Shown here: in pieces, positions 49,697 to 58,250 of the stretch
Layout of the letters: every line of letters begins with the position of its first letter
Position numbering within the stretch: the first letter of the stretch is position 1
DNA from: an uncultured Gemmatimonadales bacterium
Lineage (GTDB): Bacteria > Gemmatimonadota > Gemmatimonadetes > Longimicrobiales > RSA9
NCBI GenBank assembly: GCA_963798085.1
Contig: CAWCRS010000008.1
Coordinates: 32,001-96,000, forward strand
Direction: 5' to 3'
Length of the DNA stretch: 64,000 bases
The notes under the pieces: generated by a model
Seen by the model: the letters and a program-made list of their open reading frames with translations, nothing else
The model's database searches: none
Told to the model about the DNA's origin: nothing
Position numbers and translations under genes: made by a program

Positions 49697-50145
49697 GAGG
49701 TCGCGGAGAACGACATCATTCTCACACAGTGGACACAGGGTCAGACAGAGGGGCGCTTTGCCTCTGACGGATGCGTGAGTTGCGGATATGTGAGTTGAGG
49801 ATGCGTGTGGTCTGGTGCGTGATCTGTTGTGGTCCCGAAAGGAGCGCGTTCGGGGCGGACCTGCAGGATCCAGACTTGAGGAAATCGCAATGCATGCGGG
49901 GCAAGGGCGACTTCGAGCGGGCGCGCAGCAACTCCCGGCTCCTCATGGACCGGCATTCGTATTCACACAAATTTGGCCTGCTCGCACAATGACAATGGGG
50001 ATGCAGAAATCGGTGCAAATCACAGCTACCACTGCGGCGACAAGGGAAGCAATTTGTTGCTCGTGACCGGGGCAACCCCTTCAGGAAACGCGCCCCTCCG
50101 TCACCCTGTCTCCACTGTGTGAGAATCGTCGTCCTCCGCGACCTC
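49697..50145. mobile_element. ~450 bp MITE/REPIN-like element with ~65-70 bp imperfect terminal inverted repeats
   Basis: 49697-49767 versus the reverse complement of 50081-50145; perfect 16-nt core ATTCTCACACAGTGGA (49718-49733 / 50111-50126); lower-GC interior; no transposase. Confidence 0.5.
49769..49810. repeat. 15-bp tandem repeat, ~2.7 copies
   Basis: GGATGCGTGAGTTGC / GGATATGTGAGTTGA / GGATGCGTGTGG. Confidence 0.75.
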
Positions 50146-50247
50146 TTCCCACGACCTCCTCCCGCCGCGTCCGTCTAGCTGCTCGTTAGGAATGGCCGTG
50201 CACCCCCCAGACCCCTCGCCCGCAGCCACCGCGTCCACCCCCCAGGC

Positions 50248-50742
50248 TCAGGCAATGCTCAGCGTGTCGGTGGATGCATCGTAGGTGGTGGCATAGGACC
50301 GCATGTTGGTGGTGCGCTGGCCGCCCTGCCAGGCGCCGGTCAGGCTGAAGCGCGCGCCGTGGCGGGTGCACATGAAGCCGCTGCCGGCGGTGTTGATGGT
50401 ACCGCCCTGGTGCGGGCAGATGCGGGACAGCGCCACGAAGCTGGTCTCGCCTGTGCGCACGATGGCCACGAGCGCGCCGTTCAGATTGACCAGCGCGATG
50501 CCGTTCGTGCTGGCGAGTGCGGGATAGTCGGAGACCTTGATCGATGAGCCGATCGAAGTGGGCGGTGTTCCCAGAGACAGGCCGGTGGAGGTGTCGATGG
50601 CGCACGCGGCCAGCGCCAGCAGCGCCGCGGCCAGCGCGCCTTGCGTGAGAAACGCCCGCCGGTCGAACGATGTCACACCGATTTCTTCGCTGCCACGCGC
50701 GCAACCCGCGCACGTCTGACGGCATTCCTGCGACTGCTTCAT
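50248..50742 (-). CDS. Rieske [2Fe-2S] lipoprotein with twin-arginine signal
   Basis: DRRAFL, LAAC, CPHQG...CTRHG. Confidence 0.9.
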   Translation of the reverse strand: MKQSQECRQTCAGCARGSEEIGVTSFDRRAFLTQGALAAALLALAACAIDTSTGLSLGTPPTSIGSSIKVSDYPALASTNGIALVNLNGALVAIVRTGETSFVALSRICPHQGGTINTAGSGFMCTRHGARFSLTGAWQGGQRTTNMRSYATTYDASTDTLSIA

Positions 50743-50755
50743 ATGCTGCTTCCCT

Positions 50756-51268
50756 TCACGACACGTTGGTGAGCACGGTGCCGGCCACGGCAGTGACCAG
50801 CCACAGCACGAGACTGAGACGGGCGCGTCGGCCCAGCCGGCGCCACAGTTTTTCGGCTGGCTCGACGCCGGCCGCGCGTGCCGCCAGCAACCGGGACTCC
50901 GTGCGGAACAGGCCGGCGCCGTTGATCAGCAGCAGACCCACCAGTCCCAGCTTGATCCAGAACAGTGCGGATGTGGCGAAGGTGTTGACGTCCGCGGCTG
51001 CCAGCAGGACGCCGCTCGCGACCAGCACGCTCAGCGCCAGCAGCACGGGCCGGTGCACGGCGCGCAGCTCCTGCAGCGGATGGGCACGATCACCTGCGGG
51101 CAGACGCAGCGTGCGCAGTGTGGTGCGGTCCGCGGCAATGGCCAGGCCGCCGCTCAGCAGCAGGGCCACAATGTGCAAGGTGGTGACCGTTGCGGACACG
51201 GCCGTCGAATCCGAGTACAGTGTCTGCCAGGGTGAGAGCCAGCGGGCCAGCTCGTGCACGAGTTGCAT
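50756..51268 (-). CDS. 4-TM membrane protein (DUF6644/DUF2214, CopD/HemJ-like)
   Basis: LHIVALLL in TM1, SGVLL, FWIKL, SLVLW. Confidence 0.7.
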   Translation of the reverse strand: MQLVHELARWLSPWQTLYSDSTAVSATVTTLHIVALLLSGGLAIAADRTTLRTLRLPAGDRAHPLQELRAVHRPVLLALSVLVASGVLLAAADVNTFATSALFWIKLGLVGLLLINGAGLFRTESRLLAARAAGVEPAEKLWRRLGRRARLSLVLWLVTAVAGTVLTNVS

Positions 51269-51271
51269 GCT

Positions 51272-51946
51272 TCAGTCCTTCCTCAGCCACATGATCAGCG
51301 TGCTCGCCACACTGAGCGACATCGAGCCGATGGCATAGTTGCGGTGGCGGCGGGCGCCACTGTCCGAGAAGCGCGCGGCGCGCGCCTGCGTGCTCGTGTA
51401 GAAGAAGCCGGCATCGGAAGCCAGCATGAGCCCGGCGTGCAGATAACGGCGTGTTCGGTCGTTCGGGTCCTTGCGGCCCTCCCACAGATTCCACACGCCG
51501 GTCACGGTGTTCACGGCGAAGACCGTGCCGATGGCGCCGGCCACCACACGGTGCGCCGGCTTCACCCAGGTGGGCACGTTGGTGGCGGTGAAGAGCTTCT
51601 GGCCCATCAGGTACTCCCCCGCGAACAGCGGCAGGATGGTGTAGCTGCCCACGCGGTGGATGGTCAGCCGCGTGTAGTACGCATCACTGTATTCGATCAG
51701 CCGCGTACGGGGCGTGTCCGCCGGCGGCAGCGTGAGCGGCAGACGCCCCATCGTCGCCGGCAACACGCTGTTGGCTGATACCGCCGGCGGAACCGAGAGG
51801 AATGCGGGCGCCGGCCAGTGCAGTCCCGGCTGCGTCAGCGCAGCCGGCGGGTCCGCTCCGCCGGCGGGGCTTCCCGCCTGTGCCCGGCCGGGTGCCGGAG
51901 CGAGCAGCGGCGCCCCGGCCACCACCAGTAACCACCACCCTCGCAT
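51272..51946 (-). CDS. Membrane protein with four helix-initial His residues (cytochrome b561-like pattern)
   Basis: RBS CAGGAGG, signal peptide, Pro-rich linker, then IHR, AHR, LHA and RHR each leading a hydrophobic helix. Confidence 0.65.
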   Translation of the reverse strand: MRGWWLLVVAGAPLLAPAPGRAQAGSPAGGADPPAALTQPGLHWPAPAFLSVPPAVSANSVLPATMGRLPLTLPPADTPRTRLIEYSDAYYTRLTIHRVGSYTILPLFAGEYLMGQKLFTATNVPTWVKPAHRVVAGAIGTVFAVNTVTGVWNLWEGRKDPNDRTRRYLHAGLMLASDAGFFYTSTQARAARFSDSGARRHRNYAIGSMSLSVASTLIMWLRKD

Positions 51947-52008
51947 CACACCCGGCCTCCTGTTGCCTGCCACGTCGCGGGTTACCGCTTTAACATCGTG
52001 TTACCAGA

Positions 52009-52914
52009 CTACTGGCACGTCAAATGGCCGTGCGGCAGCGCCAGCGTGCAGTTCTTCGTCACGCCATCCTGCGTGATCACGACCTGCGCCGTGGCCGAGC
52101 CGTCGTAGGTGACCACCTCGCGCCGGCTCGAGCTCTTCGGCGACTGCCCCGCGTACGTGAGCGTGGCCTGCATGGCACGGATCACGGTGCCGGCAATGGG
52201 ATACGTGTGCATGCCCGGCTGTACCGGGATCACCACGTTCTTCGTCGTGTCGCCCATGATGCGCACCGCGGTGAACGCGCCCTGATCATTCGTGCCGCTG
52301 GTCGTTTCCGTGCCCGCCAATGTGCCGTTGATCGTGCGCTGCGTGCTGCCCGCCACCAGACCGGACACGGTGCGATCACTGGTGTGCTGCACCGTGCTCG
52401 TGCTGCTGTCATGGCGAGTGGCCGTGCCGCTCACGTCAATGCGCGTGTTGATCGTGTTGGTGGTGAGACTGTCGAACGCGGACTGCGCATGGCCATTGGC
52501 GTCCGTATACGCAGCCGAGCGCGTGATGGTGAGGCCGTGAATCGTCACCGGGTCGCACGCCACACGGCCGGACGCGGCGTTGTACGGGCAATTGTTCGAG
52601 AGGTGGTCGTCGTCACCGAAGCGGCCGTGATGGAAGCCCGGACCGAAGCCATCGCCCAGGAAAAGGCCGCCCATGCCGCCACCCATCAGGAAGCCTTCGC
52701 CATGGCCGGGCCCTCGCCCGCGCGGCATCCATGCCAGCAGGCCACCATCGGGGCCGCCGGAGAAACTGTTCAGCGTGTTGTTGTAGCCGAGGAGCACTGA
52801 ATTGAACGCTTCGGAAAACGCCGCCGTCGGCTCGAGTCCTGTGGGCGTCTCATTGCAGGCCACTGCGGCCAGCACGACAGCAGCCGCGAGCAGGCGATAG
52901 GGCGTGCAATGCAT
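52009..52914 (-). CDS. Thr-rich beta-strand lipoprotein with a Gly/His/Met-rich loop
   Basis: RBS CAGGAGG, lipobox AVAC, two Cys pairs. Confidence 0.75.
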   Translation of the reverse strand: MHCTPYRLLAAAVVLAAVACNETPTGLEPTAAFSEAFNSVLLGYNNTLNSFSGGPDGGLLAWMPRGRGPGHGEGFLMGGGMGGLFLGDGFGPGFHHGRFGDDDHLSNNCPYNAASGRVACDPVTIHGLTITRSAAYTDANGHAQSAFDSLTTNTINTRIDVSGTATRHDSSTSTVQHTSDRTVSGLVAGSTQRTINGTLAGTETTSGTNDQGAFTAVRIMGDTTKNVVIPVQPGMHTYPIAGTVIRAMQATLTYAGQSPKSSSRREVVTYDGSATAQVVITQDGVTKNCTLALPHGHLTCQ

Positions 52915-52984
52915 CAGGCGACCTCCTGGCAGAGCCGCCCACGCGCACTCGAACCGCTCGAGTGGGTGGCGGCTTCAGCAGGAA

Positions 52985-53009
52985 GGACACGTCAGCGCCG
53001 GCGGTACCC
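52985..53009 (-). promoter_or_regulatory. Putative ECF-sigma promoter for the lipoprotein-to-Rieske operon
   Basis: GGGTA-ccgccggcgc-TGACGTGTCC; same flanks and spacing as 53681-53705. Confidence 0.65.
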
Positions 53010-53016
53010 TGACGCG

Positions 53017-53568
53017 TTACAGGTCGTCAATGTGGGGAAGCCACGGCGCCAGCCGTTCCCGCACCAGGCGGAGCGCCTTGCCCATCTGCGCTTCTACGGT
53101 CTTCACCGAGATTTCCAGCGTTGTCGCGATCTCCGCGTACTTGAGTCCGTGCACACGACTGAGTTCGAAGACCTCGCGACAGCGCGCAGGCAGTTCGCGC
53201 ACGGCGCCACGCAGTGCTTCCTGGATCTCCTGCTGCACAATGCGCGCGTCCGCCGCGGCCGGCACGTGCGCATCCGGGCCCGCGTGCGGCTCCGCGCGCC
53301 GCGCCACTTTCTCGTGACGGATGTGGTTCAGAGCGCGATTGCGCGTCGCGCGAAAGAGGTAGGCCCGCAGTGATGTTTCGATGGCGACCGTTTCCCGGCG
53401 CCGCCACAGCTCGAGCATCACATCCTGCACGACCTCCTCCGCCGCCGCGGAATCGCGCAGCATGGCGCCGGCCACACCAACCAGGTGTGCGTAGTGCGAA
53501 CGGAAGATGGAGTCGAAGGCGGCCTCACTGCCCGCGCGCAGCTGATCCAGCAATTCCCGTTCGGTCAA
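53017..53568 (-). CDS. ECF RNA polymerase sigma-70 factor (FecI-like)
   Basis: TTG start likely; AEEVVQDV, YLFRATRNRALN, LP.RCREVF.LSR..GL.Y.EIA..L.IS.KTVE.Q. Confidence 0.93.
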   Translation of the reverse strand: MTERELLDQLRAGSEAAFDSIFRSHYAHLVGVAGAMLRDSAAAEEVVQDVMLELWRRRETVAIETSLRAYLFRATRNRALNHIRHEKVARRAEPHAGPDAHVPAAADARIVQQEIQEALRGAVRELPARCREVFELSRVHGLKYAEIATTLEISVKTVEAQMGKALRLVRERLAPWLPHIDDL

Positions 53569-53680
53569 TTGCGCGCAGCGTCCGTCGGCAGGGCGAACCG
53601 GGGGCGAGGGTCGCGAAATGCTGCTCGAAGCGCGAAGTTTACCCCGGTGCCTGCCGCCCGACAATCCTTTGCACGCATAG

Positions 53681-53705
53681 GGGTATGCAACGGCGTGACG
53701 TGTCC
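53681..53705 (+). promoter_or_regulatory. Putative ECF-sigma promoter for fecR-TBDR
   Basis: GGGTA-tgcaacggcg-TGACGTGTCC immediately before ATGs at 53708 and 53714. Confidence 0.65.
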
Positions 53706-53707
53706 AC

Positions 53708-54787
53708 ATGGGCATGACGAACGATCCGTCGGCATCCATGGTCCCCGAGGGGGACGAGCGCTGGGAGGCGCTGGCGCGCTATCTCGCGGGCGAAGCACCG
53801 CCCGACGAAGCGCGTGCGCTGGAACAGTGGCTCGCACAGGAGCCGCAGCGCCGCGCACTGCTCAATGCCGTGGCCCGCTCGCTCCAGGCTGTCACGTTCG
53901 AGACACCTGCGGACCTCGACGTGGAGGCCGCTCTGGCAAGCGTACGCACCCGCATGCACGAGCCGCAGGTTCTGCCCTTCGAGCGCCCGGCGCTCTCGCC
54001 GGAACGGCGGGTTTCACGCTGGAGTACCATTGGACTGCGCGTGGCGGCGGCCATCCTGGTGGTTCTGGGTGGCAACATGCTCTGGCACGCACAATGGCGG
54101 CGCCCGGGCGTCGGACCAATGGCCCGCTCGATCGAGTCCACCATTGGCCATACGGATACAATCCCGCTGCCTGACGGCAGCCGCGTGCTGCTCTCGCCCG
54201 CCAGCCGGCTGCGCATTGCGGCAGGCTACGGCGAGAAGGGGCGCGAGGTTACGCTGGAAGGGGAAGCACTGTTCGAGGTGGTGCACCGTGCGGACCTGCC
54301 CTTCCTGGTGCATGCGGGTCCGGCGACCATCCGCGACCTTGGCACGACGTTCGCCGTGCGGGTTAACGAGCAGAGCGGCGTACGCGTCAGTGTTACTGCG
54401 GGATCGGTCAGGCTGCAGGCCAAGGCGCAGCCGGCCGACAGCGGCGTGATGCTGGCCGCGGGTGACCGCGGCATTCTGCGCCCCGACGGACGCGCGGAAG
54501 CGCAGCGCAGCGGGGTGAAGCCGGAGGACCTGGCCTGGACGCGCGGCCAGCTGATCTACGACAATGCGCCGCTCGAGCAGGTCGTCGATGATGTACGCCG
54601 CTGGTACGGTGTGCAGCTGCGCTTCAGGGGTGCGGCATTCGAGGGCCGCCACCTGACGACGAACCTGACGGGAGAAACGGTACAGGAAGTGCTGAACGTG
54701 ATCGCGCTGTCCCTGGGCGGCCGCATCGAGAGAAAGGGTGATACGGCGATCGTGAGTCTGAAGGAATCGGGAGCCGGTATACAATGA
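53708..54787 (+). CDS. FecR-family anti-sigma factor
   Basis: LARYLAGE N-domain, one TM, LPDGSRVLL, LEGEALFEV, LGT.F.V, W..GQL.....L..V; ATGA overlap with the receptor. Confidence 0.92.
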   Translation: MGMTNDPSASMVPEGDERWEALARYLAGEAPPDEARALEQWLAQEPQRRALLNAVARSLQAVTFETPADLDVEAALASVRTRMHEPQVLPFERPALSPERRVSRWSTIGLRVAAAILVVLGGNMLWHAQWRRPGVGPMARSIESTIGHTDTIPLPDGSRVLLSPASRLRIAAGYGEKGREVTLEGEALFEVVHRADLPFLVHAGPATIRDLGTTFAVRVNEQSGVRVSVTAGSVRLQAKAQPADSGVMLAAGDRGILRPDGRAEAQRSGVKPEDLAWTRGQLIYDNAPLEQVVDDVRRWYGVQLRFRGAAFEGRHLTTNLTGETVQEVLNVIALSLGGRIERKGDTAIVSLKESGAGIQ

Positions 54788-57402
54788 GGCGCCGCGGCGC
54801 CGCGTGGACGACGTGCACGGCGTTGTGCGTCGTCGTCGCTAACGCCGTGTTGTGCTCGCCCGCCGCGGCGCAGGACTGCCCAGCGCCGCGGCTGGTGACC
54901 GCGCACGCCTGGGCGCCACCGCTGGGCCGGCGCATCACCGTGCACGAAGGCCGGCTGTCACTGCACGATGCGCTGGAACGGGTGGCCCTGGCCGCCGGTC
55001 TACGCATCTCCTACAGCGCGGAAGGCCTGCCGCTCAGCCGCAGTACCTGCATGTCCTACGACACGGCGGCCGCCGGCGACATCTTCACCGACCTGCTGCG
55101 CGGCACGTCCGTCGTGCCGGTTGCGGTGGCTGCCGATCACGTGGTGCTGGCGCCGGTGGGCACGCGCACGGACGAAGATCCGACGCCGCGCATGGCCGCG
55201 AACAGCACACCGCAGGTCTATCCGCTCGATCCCGTGACGGTGCGCGCCAATGCCATGGTGGTGGCGCCGGAACCCGCGGGCGTGGCGCGCAATGTGATCG
55301 AAGGCAGTCAGCTGGACCAGCCTTTCACCAGCTCCCTGACGCAGGCCTTCAACAGCACGGTGCCCGGTCTCTGGGTCTGGGATCAGTCCGCATCCAGCGT
55401 GATCGCGCGCTACGGCAGCATGCGCGGCGCCAGTTCCTTCGGCATGAGCGCGCCCAAGATCTACATCAATGGCATCGAGGTCGCTAATCCACTGCTGCTC
55501 ACTCGCCTTTCGCCTGATGCCATCGATCGGGTGGAAGTGATTCGCGGCCCCGAGGGCGGTGCGCTATACGGCGCCGATGCCATCAATGGTGTGACCAACA
55601 TCATTACCGGCTTCGGCACAATCACGCCGGGCGCGCCGCGTACGCGCGTGCGCAGCGTCATGGGCCTGGCCAGCAGCGAGTTTGCCAGTGCCTCGCTGGC
55701 GCAGGACCACACGGTCAGCCTGCGTGCCGGCACGAATGCACGCTCGGCGGGTCTGGATCTGGCCCTGGGCAGTGTGGGCCAGTTCATGCCCGGCGGCTGG
55801 ACGCGTCACGCCACCCTGGACGGCTCCGGCCGGCTCGTCGGCACACGCACCGTCGTGACCGGGACGCTGCGCTATTTCGCACAGCAGGCCGGCACCTCCA
55901 CGAGCCCGCTGCTCACGGACGTGCTCGCGGCGCGCCCCGTCGGCCCCTCGCCAGCCCTGAGCGCGGCCGCTAACAGCAGCACACTCAATGTGCGCGAGTA
56001 CACGGCCGGCGTACGCGCTTCATTCGCGGGCGGCGCCCACTGGACACATGCCCTGGTTCTGGGTGTCGATGGCTACACGCTGGATGGCGTCGCGGACCGC
56101 GCCATGGCGCTGCTGTCGCCCTCCGACTCCGCACTGCTCGCGGCCGGCTCGAGCGCGCTGCGCGGCACGTTCCGCCTGACCAGTACGGGCCGCTTCAATG
56201 CGGGCCGCGACGTGGCGGGCGCGCTCACGCTCACACTCGATCACTCCACACTGCGCCAGCAGGGCGGTGTGCAGGCGTTCGAGCCGGGTGGCTCAACCGG
56301 CTGGACCATGAGCAACCGGCCCATGACGCCGCGCATGGATGAGCAGCTGGGCGGCAAGCCGGGCGCGAGGGCCGTTGACGAACACAAATACGATGCGACG
56401 TCGATCGCCGCCGGCGAGGATGCGGTCAACCTGGTGCGCAGCAACACGGGCATCAGCGCGCAGCTCAATACCGAGTGGCGCAATCGCCTGCTGCTGACCA
56501 GCGGTGTGCGACTGGAGCGCGAGATGGCGGGCCTGCAGGACAGCTATGCCTCGCTGCCCATGGTGGGAGCGACCTGGCTCGCGGCACAGGGACCGGTTTC
56601 GCTGAAGCTGCGCGCCGCGTGGGGCAGAGGCGTGCGCTGGAGTGACACGCCCATCCGCGCCGGCGGCTGGAACGATGTGCACGAAGAGCTGGCGCGCTTC
56701 GCGCTCACGCCCGAGCAGCAGGCAGGCGTGGAAGCAGGCTTCGATCTGAGCGTGGCCCAAACACTGAGTTTGGGAGTGACGCGCTTCGATCAGCTGGCTA
56801 CGGGTCTCACCCAGCGGGTGGCCGTGGCCGTGGCCGCAGACGCCAGTGTACTGCCCGGCGGCACGCGCTCCATGACGCACGAGCTGCAGAACGTGGGTGA
56901 GATCGCCAACCGGGGCTGGGAGCTGCAGGGCCGCGTGACGCGCCGCAGCGTGTCGCTGGCGGGCACGCTCTCGCTGGTGGACAGCCGCGTGCGCCGACTG
57001 GCAACGGGGTACAGTGGCGACCTGCAGGCCGGTGACCGCATGCTGGCCGTGCCGGCACGCACCATGAGTCTCACCGCCGCGTGGTCGCACGCCCGTTGGA
57101 CTACGGCGCTCACCGCCTATCGCGCGGCCGACTGGGTCAACTATGACCGCGTGAGTCTGGCGAGAAACTTCATTGGCGGCGGGGCGCCACTCGATCAGCT
57201 GACCGGTGCCGAGCTGCGCTCCTACTGGCTCGACTACCCGGGCATCACACACCTGCGCTTCGGTCTGGCGCGCGACATCCGCAGCGGCCTGACACTGCTG
57301 TTTTCCGGCGACAATCTGTTGAATCAGCAGGTGGGTGAGCCCGACAACATCACGGTGCTGCCGGGCCGAACCGTGTCCGTCGGGATTCGCGCCCGCTTCT
57401 GA
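54784..57402 (+). CDS. TonB-dependent receptor with N-terminal STN signalling domain
   Basis: LSLHDALERVA..AGL.ISYS (STN), LDPVTV TonB-box-like segment, plug IDRVEVIRGP...YGADAINGV, NLLN...PGRT...RF C-terminus. Confidence 0.9.
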   Translation: MRRRGAAWTTCTALCVVVANAVLCSPAAAQDCPAPRLVTAHAWAPPLGRRITVHEGRLSLHDALERVALAAGLRISYSAEGLPLSRSTCMSYDTAAAGDIFTDLLRGTSVVPVAVAADHVVLAPVGTRTDEDPTPRMAANSTPQVYPLDPVTVRANAMVVAPEPAGVARNVIEGSQLDQPFTSSLTQAFNSTVPGLWVWDQSASSVIARYGSMRGASSFGMSAPKIYINGIEVANPLLLTRLSPDAIDRVEVIRGPEGGALYGADAINGVTNIITGFGTITPGAPRTRVRSVMGLASSEFASASLAQDHTVSLRAGTNARSAGLDLALGSVGQFMPGGWTRHATLDGSGRLVGTRTVVTGTLRYFAQQAGTSTSPLLTDVLAARPVGPSPALSAAANSSTLNVREYTAGVRASFAGGAHWTHALVLGVDGYTLDGVADRAMALLSPSDSALLAAGSSALRGTFRLTSTGRFNAGRDVAGALTLTLDHSTLRQQGGVQAFEPGGSTGWTMSNRPMTPRMDEQLGGKPGARAVDEHKYDATSIAAGEDAVNLVRSNTGISAQLNTEWRNRLLLTSGVRLEREMAGLQDSYASLPMVGATWLAAQGPVSLKLRAAWGRGVRWSDTPIRAGGWNDVHEELARFALTPEQQAGVEAGFDLSVAQTLSLGVTRFDQLATGLTQRVAVAVAADASVLPGGTRSMTHELQNVGEIANRGWELQGRVTRRSVSLAGTLSLVDSRVRRLATGYSGDLQAGDRMLAVPARTMSLTAAWSHARWTTALTAYRAADWVNYDRVSLARNFIGGGAPLDQLTGAELRSYWLDYPGITHLRFGLARDIRSGLTLLFSGDNLLNQQVGEPDNITVLPGRTVSVGIRARF

Positions 57403-57639
57403 GCGTACGCAGCGCGGATTGCAGGCGACGACACCGCTTCGCCCGCTCACCGTTTCTTCGACGTTATCCCGATTCTGCCTTTCCGATCCGGTGCCGCGGC
57501 CGTACCCTGTAGTCAGCCAGGCCCTTCCATTGTACCGCGAAGCCAGCCGGGCCATGTCACGTAAGAGAGTTGTGTCTCGCACCGCCTCCCCGTGCAGAGA
57601 ATCACGGCGGCGAGGCCGCGCGCTGGATGGGAGATGCTG

Positions 57640-58248
57640 ATGAACGCGCTCTACTGGTTCGCATTGATCGTGGGCGTGGGCATGTACGGCTTCTCACTCG
57701 CCGCGGACTTCCTGGGCCACACGGACATTGACACGCACGCGGACGCCGAGATGCATCACGGCGGGGCGGAGGACAAGGGTGGCGGGAGTTTTCGCATCCT
57801 CTCCATCCGCAACATGACGTACTTCCTGTTTGCATTCGGCGTTACAGGGGTACTGCTATCCTGGCTCTGGGGCGGCAGTCGCGGTCTGCTGACGGCTGTG
57901 CTCGCGACGACGCTGGGCGCCACCGGCGGCGCGATCAGCTCACTGGCCTTCGGCTGGATACGGCGGACCGAGGCGGGCGTCCTGCCGGGCGATCACGGCT
58001 GGGTCGGACTCACGGGCCTCGTGCTGCTGCCACTTTCGAGCGACAGCACCGGCAAGATCGTCGTCGCACGCGGCGGCCGCGAACACGAGCTGCTGGCGCG
58101 ACCGTTCGATCCTCGCGCCGAGCGGCCCGACAGCTGGGCCAGCGTCATGGTGATCGAGATGCAGCAGGGCGTAGCGCTCGTGGCGCCGCTGGACCGGGCA
58201 ATGGATAACCCGGAAATGGCTCGAATAGCCCCGACATCGGAGTCCTGA
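57640..58248 (+). CDS. NfeD/YqiJ-like membrane protein
   Basis: Three TM helices, His/Asp loop, FL..FG.TG, C-terminal OB-fold-like G..G.V......GKI; lies directly upstream of a flotillin gene. Confidence 0.82.
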   Translation: MNALYWFALIVGVGMYGFSLAADFLGHTDIDTHADAEMHHGGAEDKGGGSFRILSIRNMTYFLFAFGVTGVLLSWLWGGSRGLLTAVLATTLGATGGAISSLAFGWIRRTEAGVLPGDHGWVGLTGLVLLPLSSDSTGKIVVARGGREHELLARPFDPRAERPDSWASVMVIEMQQGVALVAPLDRAMDNPEMARIAPTSES

Positions 58249-58250
58249 CC

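Noticed and set aside
49769..49810. Possible mini-CRISPR array
   Set aside because: 15-bp units are directly adjacent with no spacers, and there are no cas genes. The Cas2-like middle domain of PaaX is not evidence of CRISPR.
49722..50075. Cys-rich 117-aa ORF or intact GxxExxY gene inside the inverted repeats
   Set aside because: No GxxExxY motif in the frames I read; the QLTY resemblance comes from the 15-bp tandem repeat.
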